Shown one piece after another: positions 37,671 to 51,816 of a stretch of 64,000 bases of DNA (positions are counted from its first letter, which is position 1; each line of letters begins with the position of its first letter). The stretch covers positions 11,222,001-11,286,000 of the forward strand of contig NC_058368.1 of assembly GCF_018350175.1 (NCBI RefSeq). The letters run 5' to 3'. Position numbers and translations under genes: made by a program. Source of the DNA: Felis catus (taxonomy: Eukaryota). The notes beneath the pieces were generated by a model. It was not told the DNA's origin and searched no databases. It worked only from the letters and a program-made list of their open reading frames with translations.

Positions 37671-40600
37671 TGTGTTTATTATCTTCACTCTTTCCAATAA
37701 CTCGGCAAGGTTATGTTTTATCCACACTTTACAGATGAAATTTTAAAAAGAGAGAAAGAGAGAGAGAGAGAGAAAGCGATTTGCTGAAATCCAGGGTACT
37801 AGTAAGTGCCATAAGCCTTTCCCCCAATCCAGCTGATAATCACATTTTAAAAAATCACGCATAGGTGATCAAAGGGTCGGGAACACTTTGGGGGACTTAG
37901 TGCTCTATAGGTGCTTTCATTCTTGTTGGCTGAGGTCACTGCCAACTCTTGGCCCCCTCCCTCCCGCTGCACCCCTGAAATTTGGGTATGCTCACGTGCA
38001 AGCCCACGCGAAGTTATATGCTCATTTAACTCTGATCTGAAACCTCACAAAATAAACCTCCATGATGCCATATGGGTATCTCATAGCTCACAAGCTGAAC
38101 TCTGGGGGAATTAAAGCCTTATCATTCAAAACTAGGAACATTTAAGAGGAAGTTAGTTTGTTCATAGTCTTCCTCCCCCTGCCCACTTCCCCCAAGAGCC
38201 CGTGCTGGAGATCACCATCTCCTTAGCACAAGACCTCAGTATTGACAAGTCTTCACCATTATTATTACAAAGAATACAGTTTTTTCGCTATGGTCATTTG
38301 ATTGAACACACACAACGCACACATAAAAGATTATAGCAAAAAGTTACATTTCTTCCGTTAGCCCCGTTGCATGTTGATTTTTCCCTCTTTTTAAAAGTGT
38401 ATATAAATAACTCAAATGGCTCTAGTAAATAGAAAAGGTACTAATGATTTTAGTTCTTTGAGAATGGTCATTTGCTTACCTGGCTGAGATTTCTCTGATA
38501 TATTGTATTTCTGTTTGGGAGATGGTGGCAAACTCCTAATCATCTTTAGCAGTGAGGACAGGGAGAATATCTCCAGGACTAATGGAAATCTATAATTCGG
38601 ATATCTCACGGGACCTGATAGTGCCAGTCTCGGCCACCGTAAAGCCTTCTACAGGACTGGCAACACAATGATTTGGTTTCAGCTTCTTTGCCTACTTTGG
38701 CATGCTGCTTGGTAAAGGTGACAACAAGAACTGAAACAGGCAAACAGAAGTAGGCGACAAGGAGAGATGACCTGGGTACTTTTACGATCTGGAAACAGCC
38801 CAGGATATTTGAGAAAGTTGCCGGTGTTCAGATGTTTCAACTGAACATTTAGATGATACAACATGAAATATTCTCTTTATTTAAAACACCTCTGTTTCAA
38901 AACATTTTAATACCTATGACTCACCAGTTCATTTCTGGGTACAGTTGAAGGAATTGAAGGGGTTACGTATGTCCTGATCATCTTACTAGTAACTTCTGTA
39001 TTTTTGAGCTTCGTGTGATATTCAAAATGATTGGGCTCCGATGAGAGTTTGGGCGGAGAAATGACATTTTTCTGAGTTGGGGCTGTTCTGTGGATTGTCA
39101 GCCCCATACATAAGCTTTTTGTGCAGGTTCTCTGCCGGTACTAAATCTTGCATTTATTTAGTGCCTTGTGGTTTGCTCTGCACCTTTAAAAACATTACCT
39201 CATTTGATGAATGAGATGCATTGATTATGAATAAACTAGCTTCCTCTTAAAATGTTTCTGGTTTGGGATGATAAAGCCTCATTACCCCAAAGTTCAACTT
39301 CGGAGGTATAAGATACGCATACAGCAACAAGTATATTTTGTGAGCTTTCATATTGGCTTCAAATGAACAAATAATGATTTTCATCCATGGTCTTTACCTT
39401 CGAATAGGACTTTTATAAAAAAAAAAAAAGTGCAGTATAGCTTGGCATCTGTTACTTAAGATAGACAGAGGTGAGTTTGTTTTAAAAACTTACGTATTAA
39501 GATTCTCAGGATTTATTTGTACCCTACCATTTCTTAGTCATCTTTTTCTTAAACACTCAAACATGTCTAATTTTCTACAACGTGATACCTTCTGAGAATC
39601 ACCCCCTATCTGCACACAACTCCGTGCAGAAGATTGAGCAGACGACCACTTCCTGAAAAGGTGCATGGCATCTGTGAAAAAGAAAGTACACAGCTTTATC
39701 TCATCTTTTTTCTTCCCGAGCTCTGTCATTCGATAGATTCCTTTTATCATACTCATTTAAATATCTCTCCCCTGTAGAACTGTTGGCTGCACGAGTAAGC
39801 AAATGTCCTCACTTTGAGTTGAAAAGAATCTCTCAGGCTTGAAGGAGCAATGAGAAGAGCTTTTTCCATAACGACATCTTGACTTCCTTTTCCATATTGG
39901 ATTATACTCAGAAACTTTCTATCTTAGCTTCAGCTTTTCTTGGTTATTGCCCCCAAATACCTTGCGACCCAACATTTTCAGAGAAGCAAGGCCAGCACTA
40001 TTTAGGACTTCTTTTTGAGCACACTGTGACACACTGCCTGGGGACTTCCTAACTGAATCGGACTGGATTTTACCATCGGGGATCTCAGAGCTTAACCTCC
40101 TTCCTTGTTAGTTTCAGAATGCAGAACTATTCATGCACAAGTTCCCGGGACTTAAAGAATCCGAGGGAGAGGATCCAGTGGTATTCCAGAGACAGTGTAT
40201 GCCCTAGAGAATTTTATTTGAGTACGTGTGATAGATTCTGTTGACTTTAATATTATGGATTTATACTTTCACGGCATTAGACAACTGTTGGAAACCTGGT
40301 GGTTGCAGGTTGCCCCAAATTCCTATGAGAACATTTTCAAATACCCCTCCTAGCAGGATAGCTGAAGGAGAAGAGGAAACAAATTATTCACCCTGGGACA
40401 CTCGACTGGACTAGGTGTCAGTATTTGGGGCAGCAGGTGTCTCAGATGGGCATTCCTTTCATCAGAAAATGGTAAAGATGAGTTACTGTGTTTATCAGCA
40501 TTTGGACCTGGGACTAATTGAAAACCAGTTCCTTCTTCATTTTGAGTGGTCCTCCCACTCTCCAGAACATGGAGGTTAAAGAGAAAGGGGGTATGTGCAA

Positions 40601-42003
40601 GAATTATATATTTCTGTAAGTGTAATGATCCTACCTCTCACCTATACTGTTACAAACACGTCTTCTTCTTCACGGAACCTACAGGCACACACATTTAAAT
40701 ATTAGTCACCCAGATCTCCAGCTGCTGAGCAGTGAAAGTTTATATTCTGCCAGCATATCAGACTCTACAATGAGTCTGATTTTGGTTTAATTCCTTTCTA
40801 CTGTGTAGTCATTTGATGAGCTGCAGATGGAAATTTAAGCCAAAGCCATAACATTTCAGCTAATACTTTTTATGCTGCTGTAAGAATTTGTTGTCATGTC
40901 AATTTAAGGGAGTTGAAGTCTTTTTCAAGAAGGCATTCAAACCTATTTTAAGAGCTTTTATCAACTCTAATTTGATACACCACTCTGACTGCCTCTGCTG
41001 TCCTTAATCAATTGCAAAGTGCAAAGTAGTTTAGCAGTGGAAGACAGCTTTGAAATTTCCAGAATTTCTCAGCTAATGCCATGGGCACAACATTGTGGGA
41101 ATATACAGTTAAATCTCCATTAAAATTTCTTGCCTAAGCTTAAGAGACACTAGGCCGACTTCTTTGAGTTTAGACTTAAACAGGTAAATATGTATTTTGG
41201 CAGCCATGAGAAGGATAGGGTATTAGATTAACCAGGGCATTGCTTGAGTAAAATTCCATTTGAATGTTATATTTATGTAGGATCTGGCAAATCAGGAAAA
41301 TGGTTTACTGCATAAGGGTCAAATCAATGACATGCTTCAATTGTCTAAATACAAGATTAGGTTTTTCTTGCCTGCTTTTCTGTTATTTTTCTGTGTGTGA
41401 CCTTGTCTCCTTTCCCCACTTCCTTATGTGAAAGGAACAAACATGCCACCTTGCCTCTACCTGTTTAATGTGAAGGGTTTTGAGTACCTCCCCTGAAAAA
41501 TGAGGTTTATGTAAACATCCTAATACATGCCAGTTATTTCCCCCATGCCATTAAAGCCAAACTGAAGGAGGCTGAGTTGTACATGATTGAACTTGACTGA
41601 TAAGTAGAGTAGGATCTCTGTCTTTCTAAGCTCGATCAGTTTCTTGGACTGGTCTGCTTTTGAGTATTCTGAATAAGAAATAGGTGTCATACTACACAGC
41701 CTATCGGGTTCTTTCTATTGTTATTTTTTACAGTGAAGTCACTGTGTATCCAACTCCGTGCATTTGAACAGGGTTGTCTACAATCTGAAGTGCTGGCATT
41801 CTTGATCGGAAGACAAGCGTTTCTTTCTGCACAGGGAGATATGGTGCTTATAGAAATTGCCGGCATTCTGGAAGCTTTATAGCGTGCGATCGGACAGTCA
41901 AAGGATACTCTCCTAGGTTTTGGTAGAGATTACGTTTCAGTTGAGCCATGTTGAAATCAAGAAGGCCATATGGATCAAGACAGTATTTAAAAACATCTGT
42001 CTT

Positions 42004-42219
42004 GGGGTGCCTGGGTGGCGCAGTCGGTTAAGCGTCCGACTTCAGCCAGGTCACGATCTCGCGGTCCGGGAGTTCGAGCCCCGCGTCGGGCTCTGGGCTG
42101 ATGGCTCAGAGCCTGGAGCCTGTTTCCGATTCTGTGTCTCCCTCTCTCTCTGCCCCTCGCCCGTTCATGCTCTGTCTCTCTCTGTCCCAAAAATAAATAA
42201 ACGTTGAAAAAAAAAATTT
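42004..42219 (+). mobile_element. Young Can-SINE (SINEC_Fc type)
   Basis: TSD aaaaacatctgtct. Confidence 0.95.
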
Positions 42220-42319
42220 AAAAACATCTGTCTGAAACACAGATTTGTTAAACCAGCCACCTTCACTTTATGCCCACAACTAGGTAGAAAGCTCTCATTG
42301 ACAGCTTTAAGGAGTTTTA

Positions 42320-42486
42320 GGGGCGCCTGGGTGGCTCGGTCAGTTAAGCATCCAACTTTGGCTCAGGTCATTATCTCATGGTTTGTGAGTTCAAGCCCCA
42401 CGTCGAGCTCTGTGCTGACAGCTCAGAGCCTGGAGCCTGCTTCACATTCTGTGTCTCTTTCTATCTCTGCCCCTCCCCCATTCATA

Positions 42487-42525
<39 letters not shown>

Positions 42526-42560
42526 TCTCCAAAAAAAATGAATAAACATTAAAAAAATTA
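42320..42560 (+). mobile_element. Can-SINE
   Basis: Head, (CT)n and tail. Confidence 0.92.
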
Positions 42561-42883
42561 TAAACAAAGATTGAACACAAAGATTGCTTTAAAAAAAGAA
42601 TTTTAAAACCAAACAATGTGGCTCTAAGTGAATAGATCACCTATGACTTTAGCAAATTATAAGCGGTTAGTTTAAAATGTACAAGTTCAAACACCAATTA
42701 GAAGACAAATTGCAGGGTTTTTTTTCAAAAGAAAACACTCAGCTTTTCAATTTTTAGTTTTTGAAAACCACATTTTTAATGATCTCCCCTAAAAATGAGG
42801 CCTTGCTATTGAATGACAATATAGTCTATGCAATAGTATCACTTGTACCATTTCAGCATCCCCAAATTAGTCGTCTACTTTTC

Positions 42884-43107
42884 TTTTTTTTTTTAGTTTT
42901 TTTAACGTTTATTTATTTTTGAGAGAGAGAGGGGGGCAGAGTGCGAGCAGGGGAGGGCAAGAGAGAGAGGGAGACACAGAATCCGAAGCAGGCTCCGGGC
43001 TCTGAGCTGTCAGCACAGAGCCTGACGCGGGGCTCGAACCCACGAACCACAAGATCATGACCTGAGCCGAAGTTGGCCGCTAACCGACAGAGCCACCCAG
43101 GCGCCCC
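42884..43107 (-). mobile_element. Can-SINE
   Basis: Antisense SINE body ending ggcgcccc. Confidence 0.93.
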
Positions 43108-44124
43108 AATCTTCTACTTTTGTGATGAGTATTTTAGCTTCCTAAGGGAGTTTCGAGAGAAGCCAAGTCCTGTGTTGGGCCACACTGGGTGTTCTGTTTC
43201 ACTTTCCTCATGGTTGATGGTGGCCGTGAGTCCTGTTCTCATCTTGTCTTCCAGGGTGAGAGTACAGAGCCCACCTGTCCTCTATCTTATCTGACTGCAT
43301 ACAAATGCAGGAAAATAGGAAAGTGAGAGAAATTTTAGTATTGCCTGCTGACTTTTGCATTCCATTTACTAACAACCCCCCAGTCCTTATCATTATGGGA
43401 AAGCTAATCCTAGTTTATGCTAATTGAGATGTGAGTTTTGAAGGTGTTTGAAAGCCTGGCCAAATTTTCGATTGAAAAAAAAAAATTTAACAATGGTAAG
43501 CAATTGAATTTTAAGAAAGGTCAAAATTATGAATGAGAATGAAGATTATACTACATTTTAAATATCCAAAAATCTGTCTTCACTTGGCTTCTTTCCTTTC
43601 CCTTACCGACCATTTTGTTTGCCACTTGGATGCTTACTGTCATTTTCCTAGAAGAGCAAAGGAGTTGAAAGTCGGATTATTATCTTTGAAATTAGTCAAC
43701 TGCTCTACTTTAAAAAAGAAACATAAATTGGAAATGATTGACTATAGGATTCTGATCGGTGACTTTCATTCAAAATCCTAAATCCCTCTTGTCACTAATC
43801 ACAATACACTAACATGCCTGCTCTTCACAGGTATAATGGTATAGTGAATATATAGAACTTTTTCTTGGCATCTAGTAATTTGAAATATGTATCATTTTAG
43901 GATGCGTTTGCCATAAATACTAGAATAACTTCATAAGGGCTAAAAGAATAGACTTTTAATTAGCTTACCTAACCCACAGCCAGGAGATGGGTAGTTCCGG
44001 GGGGACTTAAAAGCTCAAGGACTCAGACCATCCAGTCTTTAGGCTTGTCCCTGCATGATCACAGATGGCCACCTCAGTTCCAGATAGCTTTGCTTTGCTT
44101 TGCTTTGCTTATGAGTCAGGGAGG

Positions 44125-44350
44125 GGGGTGCCTGGGTGGCTCAGTCAGTTGAGCATCCGACTTCGGCTCAGGTCATGATCTCGCAGTTGGCGAGTTCGAG
44201 CCCCGCGTCAGGCTCTGTGCTGACAGCTCAGAGCCTGGAGCCTGCTGATTCTGTGTCTCCCCCTCTCCTTGCCCCTCCCTTGCTCACGCTCTGTGTCTCT
44301 CTGTCTCTCAATAATAAATAAATGTTAAAAAAAAAATTAAAAAGAAAAAA
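44125..44350 (+). mobile_element. Can-SINE, probably inside an old MLT1-like LTR (about 43890-44600)
   Basis: The SINE body is clear; the host LTR is weakly recognisable. Confidence 0.88.
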
Positions 44351-45125
44351 GCCAGGGAAGGAAGGAGTTTAGGTTAGGTCTTTCTTCCGGCAAGAAGGAG
44401 ATAAGTTTGCCAAAGACCCCAGCAAACTTCCTCTTGCATTCCTGATTGGAACTGGGTGATACCTCAATCCTGGCAAAGTTGAATGAAATTACCGCATTGG
44501 CTTAGACAAAACAAGATACATGCCCTGGGACTGGTGTGGGTCTACTTTCTATAAGAGAACAGACTGCTACCTGCTACTTGAGCAAAATAGAAATTGTTAC
44601 CCAGGCAGAAGCGTCGACAACAATAGAAACTGCTGTAAAGTAGATAGCATACACTAGTAGATGACTATTAATAAAACTCCCCCCTTTTTGTTACATAACA
44701 TTGCATTAAGCACACAATAATAGCTAATAGTTATAAGCCCTTATGAAGTATCAAGTGCTATATTAAATAATTCACATGCATCATTTCCTCTTATCTTCAC
44801 CATGACCCTCTTTTACACTTAACTATTTGTAAGTGACAGAGCCAGGAATCAGACCTAGCATCCAGGGTAAATGCTAAACGATGCTACCTTTCATCATCCT
44901 TTGCAAGATAAAGAAATTGATGAAGAGAAATTGATGAAACTCGGATAGGAACAGAAGGATATTGACATGTATTCCCTGCTAAGTTATTACAGTGATATTT
45001 GTCAAAAAGCAGTGGCAAAGTGTTCTGAGAGTTCCCAAATAAAAATTCTGTATCTGTCTGCCTCTGATGTCAGAAAAAAGAGCATTTCTTGATGTTTTTC
45101 TTATGCTCATAAGAATGTCCGTGAG

Positions 45126-45333
45126 TTTTGTTTGTTTGTTTGTTTGTTTGTTTTGAGAGAAAAAGAGAGAGAGAGACCGTGGGGGAGGGGCAAATAGAGA
45201 GGGCCAGAGAGGATCCCAAGCCGGCTCCACACTGTTAGTTCGGAGCCTGACGTGGAGCTCAAACTCACAAACCATGAGGTTATAACCTGAGCCAAAGTGG
45301 GTTGCTTAACTGACTGAGCCACCCAGGGGCCCC
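45126..45333 (-). mobile_element. Can-SINE with a (TTTG)n-expanded tail
   Basis: Antisense SINE body. Confidence 0.88.
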
Positions 45334-45939
45334 TGTTTTTTGGCTTTCTTAAAGCGAATTATAAGCAAGAATATTACTAAATCAGAAACTTGAGCCCTTC
45401 AAGATTGTACCCAGATCTCAGATGAAAAAGAAAAAATGTTATTATTGAAATCTGTCATTAGATTAAAATGAACAAATACAGTGTTAATTCATCTGAATGC
45501 CTTCCAACAGCAGTGGATGAAACACCCTTAACTTTGTCGTCACCAAAAAAATGACCAAAATGTTTTCCTGTTTTCAGATATTTCTGTTTATGCAGAAATA
45601 TCAGTATTTTCCAGAGAGGTTTAGGTTTCAGTCTTATTGTTCAGATTTAGCTGATAATCTGAAAGGGTTTTATTGACTCACTTTACCTATCCACAGCATC
45701 CTCCAGCTAGGTCTTGGAATGGTCTAAGAAGAATAACTAGCATTTATGAAGGACTGCTAAGTTTCAGCCACTGTTCTAAGCACTATCTCATTTAATCTTC
45801 ATCAGATCCTATTGAGGCAAATACCATTGTACAGGTGAAAAACTAAAAACAAATAAATAAGAGACTTCCCTAGGAAAGGTGTATCAATAAGTGCTGGCAA
45901 CTAAATTCATATTTACTTCTGGCTCCAAAGCTTCTATTA

Positions 45940-46104
45940 TTTTTTTAAGTTTATTTATTTATTTTGAGAGAGAGAGAGAATCTCAAGCAGGCTTTGCACT
46001 GTCAGCGCAGAGCCCAATGTGGGGCTCGAACGCACAAACTGTGAGATCATGACCTGAGCCGAAGTCGAGAGTCAGATGCTTCACTGACAGTTACCCAGGT
46101 CCCC
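45940..46104 (-). mobile_element. Can-SINE (internally shortened)
   Basis: Antisense SINE ending in a C run. Confidence 0.85.
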
Positions 46105-46473
46105 CCCCCCCCCCGGGGGCCTCTCTTCTTACTGGCTGCCCAGCAGGAGCCATTCCCGACTCCCTCCAGCGTTCATTTCCCCCAGGATGTCTGAAAGAGG
46201 CAGGTGCTTACTTATTCTCAGCCTTCAGCACAAGCTTGCAACTGGGGATTCAAGTTGCTGGGGGAATTTCTGGAATGTATTTTTCTTCCTGAAAATAGGA
46301 GAAATGCATCTTTTGCCACTCTCATTGACCTTCTGCTTCCAGCCTTTGGACACAATTTGTGTAGACAGCAGGAAAAAATTTTGAATTCTGATACCCTGAA
46401 ATGACTTGTAGCTGAACACGAACCAGGTTCCTGCTCTTAAGGAGAAGATTGTCTAGTGAAAGAGACCTACACT

Positions 46474-46692
46474 GGGGCGCCTGGATGGCGCAGTAGGTTA
46501 GGCGTCCGACTTCAGCCAGGTCACGATCTCGTGGTCCGTGAGTTCGAGCCCCGCGTCGGGCTCTGGGCTGATAGCTCAGAGCCTGGAGCCTGTTTCCGAT
46601 TCTGTGTCTCCCTCTCTCTCTGCCCCTCGCCCGTTCATGCTCTGTCTCTCTCTGTCCCAAAAATAAAATTAAAAAAAAAAAAAAACACGTTG
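46474..46692 (+). mobile_element. Young Can-SINE (SINEC_Fc type)
   Basis: Near-consensus copy with flanking repeat aaagagacctaca. Confidence 0.95.
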
Positions 46693-49600
46693 AAAGAGAC
46701 CTACATAAACCTATAATTACAACAAAATATGACCGGTAACCAACCTCCTGAAAGGTGAATTGTGTATATGAGTAAGAGTGACTATTGTTTTTACGTAAAC
46801 TCATTGACCCCTAAGGCCAGATCTTCCCTACTATTTTCCCATATTGCTTACGGTTCTCTCCAAAGCTGAATCTCTTCTTCCCAGCCTGGTAAAGCTGTGG
46901 CTTTATCGCTCTCCTCCAGGTCACTTATTCTGCCCAGCTTCCTCATCATAAATGCTGAATTTCATTATCGGTCAGTCCCAGGCAAGAAACTGGAGTCTTC
47001 TTCAGCCCTTCTTTATCGCTAAAACTTGTCACGCCTCCTTTCCCAAATGACCTCTCCCCCATCTGGATCTCTGTCACCATCACCTCTGCCAAGGCCTGGT
47101 TCCAGGGATTCATCGCAAGGAGCATCCCATCTGGAGAATCCACAGCTCCTCCAGGCCCACCTCTCTGCTGCCACCACTTTTCTGGGACAGTCTTGTCCTT
47201 GCCACAGCTTTGAGCACTGATCTCACCTTTCTTTTGTAATGGTGTGTTGGCACTGAGTGTGAGGTATCCATACGTAGGGATCGCGCAACAAACGCTTTGG
47301 ATGTTCATAGTTGCAAACACATTGGAGAGTTAAAATGTCATTATGAGCGGACAGTTCATCTGAATTCATTTCATAGGCCATATGTATCCAAACTTGTTGT
47401 TTTGGTAGGCTTAAGAGTTCGTTGGAATGCAAAAACAGACTTGATCCCTGACCCACAGTTTGTAATCACGGTCACGGGCCGGGAGTGGGATGAGAGTATT
47501 GTTGTCATGCTAGAGTATATTACTCTGTTTATTTTTTATGCTGGTGAGATTGAAAAAACCTGGATTTGATAGGCATGATGCAGAAATTAAGGAAAGGCTG
47601 CCTACAGTTAAGGAAAAGACCAAAAGTTAGGTATAATTATCTGGTAAAGGGAGCTCAGGCAGAGGCTCTAACTAGTCCTGAAGTGGACACACTCCAGCGA
47701 CCGAAGACCCACTCATCAATTCTCAAGTGTCCCTCATACACAAAATAACAGCTATTAAACTGGTGCAGTGAGCTCATTAAATATCATATTGTTCTGCCAG
47801 ACAAGGCCCTTGTTTTAGGGAGTGACTAAGAGACTGTCACTTCTTGGGCCAGGAGGATGAAAACGTTCTTTGGGCTCTGGGAGAAGGATAGACGTAAATT
47901 GTTGATACTCCCCTAGGACATCCCTCCCCATTTCAGTCTGCATCTTATTGGGCTGTGCTTCCTATTGAAAGGTGACTACTCAGCTGATTTATCCAGCTCG
48001 GTGTTTTCATGAAGTTTCTGCTATCGACCTACACAAGGGAGAGAAGGTTAGAAGGTTTTTTTATGGACAGCATGAACGTAATGTCAAAGACCTATCCGAG
48101 CCCCATGGTGCTGGAGCTGGCAGAGTCACATGAGCTCAGCGCTTGAGTGCAAGTTTCTGCCTCCTCCACTTTGACCAAGAAATGGTTGGAAAGTTAACCA
48201 AGCCTGGAAGAGTCAGCCAGGAGAATCATCCCACTTGGGTTATTTGCTTTTTTTTTTTTTTCCTTGCTCAACAGAGAAGTGAATCACACTCTTCACTGAG
48301 CCGTGCAGCAGAGGGAAATGATGCAACACTGGTCACGTGGCACAAAGGAGAAAGGCCCATTATGCAAACCGAGTTCTTCATTGTGTCCTGGTGTGAGGAG
48401 AGGTTAAATGCCCACACTGGAAAGCGCCGCAAAGCGGGGGTTCTGACATGGGAACCCTTCTCTACTTGGAGATGGAGGGGCTGTGATTTACGTTTTGTCT
48501 TTTCTTTATTCTTCTGCCTCTTTGACCGCTGGATTCACTAATTTTGATCATGATATCAAATATGGAAAGAGTTTATTTAAGCTTGTTTTATTTCCTTTTT
48601 GCATATGATTTGGGAATTTGTGAACATACGCTTCGCCTCGGTCACTTACTTGCCATGCGACCTTGAGTAAGTTACTTAAACTCATCCCCTAAAAAGGCAT
48701 GATCTGTTGTAAATGTCTTTATAAATACATCTATCAATCCATAGAGCTATAACAAATAAGTGTATGTTTCTGAAGTGTTTAGTATACAGCTTCACTACTG
48801 CAGTTTCTCAGTAAATGGTAGCCATTATTATTATTAACTTACCTATTTCATGCTTGTCTAAATTCCTCTGTGAGTTAATGCTTTTATCTTGTTTGCTCAT
48901 TGCCAAGGCAGGATGACCAGGAACTGAATGAAGAGCCCTGTGGTTCTCTGTGACATCTTCTTGGCATGGCAATCTGGTCTTTACCACTTTGTATAGTTTT
49001 GGTAAAGAGGTATGTACCTGGAACTTCAGAAAATAAACCATCTGAAGCTATCCAAGGCAAAACACCTTTCTTTCAAATTCAGAGTTGTGTAGAGTGATAA
49101 CGTAGCAGGGTGTTGGTGTATGCTACGATTGCAACATTTTCTGTGTCACGTGCATTAAACCTTAAGCATGTGGTTTTTGTACCTGAGCCAAACTCCTCTC
49201 CCAAGTATGACGAGTTCAAGGGTCCCCTTTGGGGCAAAGTTTTCTCTCACTGCCCCACTTCCCCTATGCTTTCTACACTCTTCCATTGTTGCAACAGTAA
49301 TGTGGTGTAACTGTGCTTTGCCTGTCTAGGTCCCCCACCCCCTGGACTAAAAATCAATCGTCTTGTCATTGTCATATTCCCCAGCACATTTCGGACCACA
49401 TTGGCCATTGTTAATAAATTGTTAAGTGTTGATGGACTGCATAAAAGGACCCGAATTGGTGTGGGAGGTTTAGAGACAACTTGGCTGGCGTTTATCCCAT
49501 CAGTAGACCAGTCCCTAGCAAGCAATACCAAAAGTTTTGTATTTTGGAGTCTTTTATTTCAAACAGTAACTTAACATCTACACTTGGCTGGAAAGTCCCT

Positions 49601-49796
49601 CTCCTTGTGTGACCCTTACCTATTTTCTTGGAGTAAATTCAACAAGTTCAGTTGTACCACTGTGTTCACAGAACTCTGGTTAAATGTGTCCATGAAATTC
49701 AAAATGAAGTTAAAAAGAGTAAAATAATTTTTTATTTAGGTAGTGATCAGCCAAGAAGAGAAAATATTTCTGTGATAGATTGCCTTTGTTTTATCT

Positions 49797-49822
49797 TTTT
49801 TTTAATTAGAGAGAGAGAGAGA

Positions 49823-49876
<54 letters not shown>

Positions 49877-50125
49877 AGGGAGAGGAGCAGAGGGAGGGAG
49901 GAGGGAGAGAGAGAAAGAGAGGAAGGGGGAGAGAGGGAGGAAGGGGGAGAGGGAGACAGAGAGAGGGAGACAGAGAAAGAGAAAGAGAGAGTGTGTGTGC
50001 ATCTTAAGCAGACTCCGTGCTCAGGGCAGAGCCTGATGCGGGGCTCCATCCCATGACCCTGAGATCATGACCTGAGCCAAAATCAAGAGTCAGACACTCA
50101 TCCAACTAATCTACCCAGGCGTCCC
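49797..50125 (-). mobile_element. Can-SINE with an expanded (GA)/(GT) compound repeat
   Basis: Antisense SINE head at 50010-50125 plus a ~190-bp purine-rich tract. Confidence 0.88.
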
Positions 50126-50142
50126 TGTCTTATTTTTAAAAG

Positions 50143-50395
50143 AATTTTTATTGAAGTGTAGTTGACACACAGTGTCATGTTAGTTTCATGTATAGAACAT
50201 AGAACATAGTGACTCAAGAACTCTATACATCATGCTGTGCTCTCCACTGTGTAGCACCCATCTGTCACCATACAACATTATTACAGTACCCCTGGCTCTA
50301 TTCCCTATATTGTGTCTTTCATCCCCTTGACTTATTCATGCCACAACTGGGAACCTGTAACTCCCATCCCTCTTCACCCATTTTGCAAATCCCCC
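50143..50395 (-). mobile_element. Older L1 3' end
   Basis: L1M/L1_Carn-type terminus (ttttattgaagtgtagttgacacacagtg...gttagtttca). Confidence 0.75.
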
Positions 50396-50495
50396 TTTTT
50401 GTTTTTTTTTTTAATCCATTAACCCTGTCAAAGATTGCTCTCTGTAAAAACATTAACTTATATTTGGCTAAATGCCATTTAAGTTATATGGATTT

Positions 50496-50715
50496 TTTTT
50501 TAATTTTTTTTTCAACGTTTATTTATTTTTGGGACAGAGAGAGACAGAGCATGAACGGGGGAGGGGCAGAGAGAGAGGGAGACACAGAATCGGAAACAGG
50601 CTCCAGGCTCTGAGCCATCAGCCCAGAGCCCGACGCGGGGCTCAAACTCACGGACCGCGAGATCGTGACCTGGCTGAAGTTGGACGCTTAACCGACTGTG
50701 CCACCCAGGCGCCCC
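50496..50715 (-). mobile_element. Young Can-SINE (SINEC_Fc type)
   Basis: Perfect TSD aagttatatggattt. Confidence 0.95.
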
Positions 50716-51587
50716 AAGTTATATGGATTTAATTTAACGTTACTTTTAAGCCTTCTAGCCACTTTTTCCAAATGAGAGGGCAACCATTAATGGTGAAATC
50801 TACTCAGTTAATGTAATTTTTACTGACCAACATCTTTTCCCATGTGAGAGCTGCTGCTGTTTCATATTTATCTGGAGAAATGGATTGCCTTACTCAAAAA
50901 AAGTCTGAACCCGAAGATTTTCTCATGACAATTGAGGTGGATGTACTCAAAGCATCAGCCCAAATTGAACATGGTTGAATAAGTTCTAGGAAGCCCCTGA
51001 GAGTGAATTAGCAACCTCCCCTTCTTTCTTGTAAATCATTGAATGCCTACTCCTGTAGGGCACCATCGCAAAGAGAGTGCACTGTGGTTCGGCAGGCTGT
51101 GCTCTTCCATGGGCTTTCTGGTCAAAGACCGCCTACTTGGATGAAAGGGGAGATAAGCAAGTTACAGAGAAAACACAAGTATTGATCCAAATACACGTTC
51201 TACCTGTGCCAGCCATTGTGCCTGGACTTAGGGAGACTGACAGACAGAATCCTCAGGAAGAGAAAGTGATTCATCATTTTAAGAGGGAGGTGGGATTCTA
51301 GCACTAGTTCCAAGAGGCTGTGACATTTGAACTTGAAAGAATGCTACAGAGAGGAGGGGAAGGGGCAGAGGGAAGTGCATGAATGAATGCAGGGAGGTGT
51401 GGAAGTGACCAGTTCAGGCTGACAGCTGGATTCCATGGTCCCTGTTGGAGTGACAGGGGGTACACAAGTTGGGTCAGATCATGATGAATGTTGAAGGACC
51501 TGCTGAAGAGTCTGGGCTTCATCCTGAAAGCACTCGGAAGCCTCCACTGGTTTTTAAGGGAGCAACATGGTCAGTTCCCAGCTCACT

Positions 51588-51816
51588 TTTTTCTTTTTTA
51601 AGTTTTTTTTTTTAAGTTTATTTGTTTATTTTGAGAGAGACAGAGACAGTGTGAGTAGGGGAGGGACAGAAAAATGGAGGGAGAGAGAATCCCAAACAGG
51701 TCCCCGCTGCCAGTGCGGAGTCTGATGCAGGGCTCGAATTCCTGAAACCGTGAGATCATGAACTGAGCTGAACCCAGGAGTCTGACACTTAACCCACTGA
51801 GCCACCCAGGCACCTG
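51588..51816 (-). mobile_element. Can-SINE within an antisense L2 relic (about 51030-51990)
   Basis: Antisense SINE with TSD-like cccagctcact. Confidence 0.88.
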
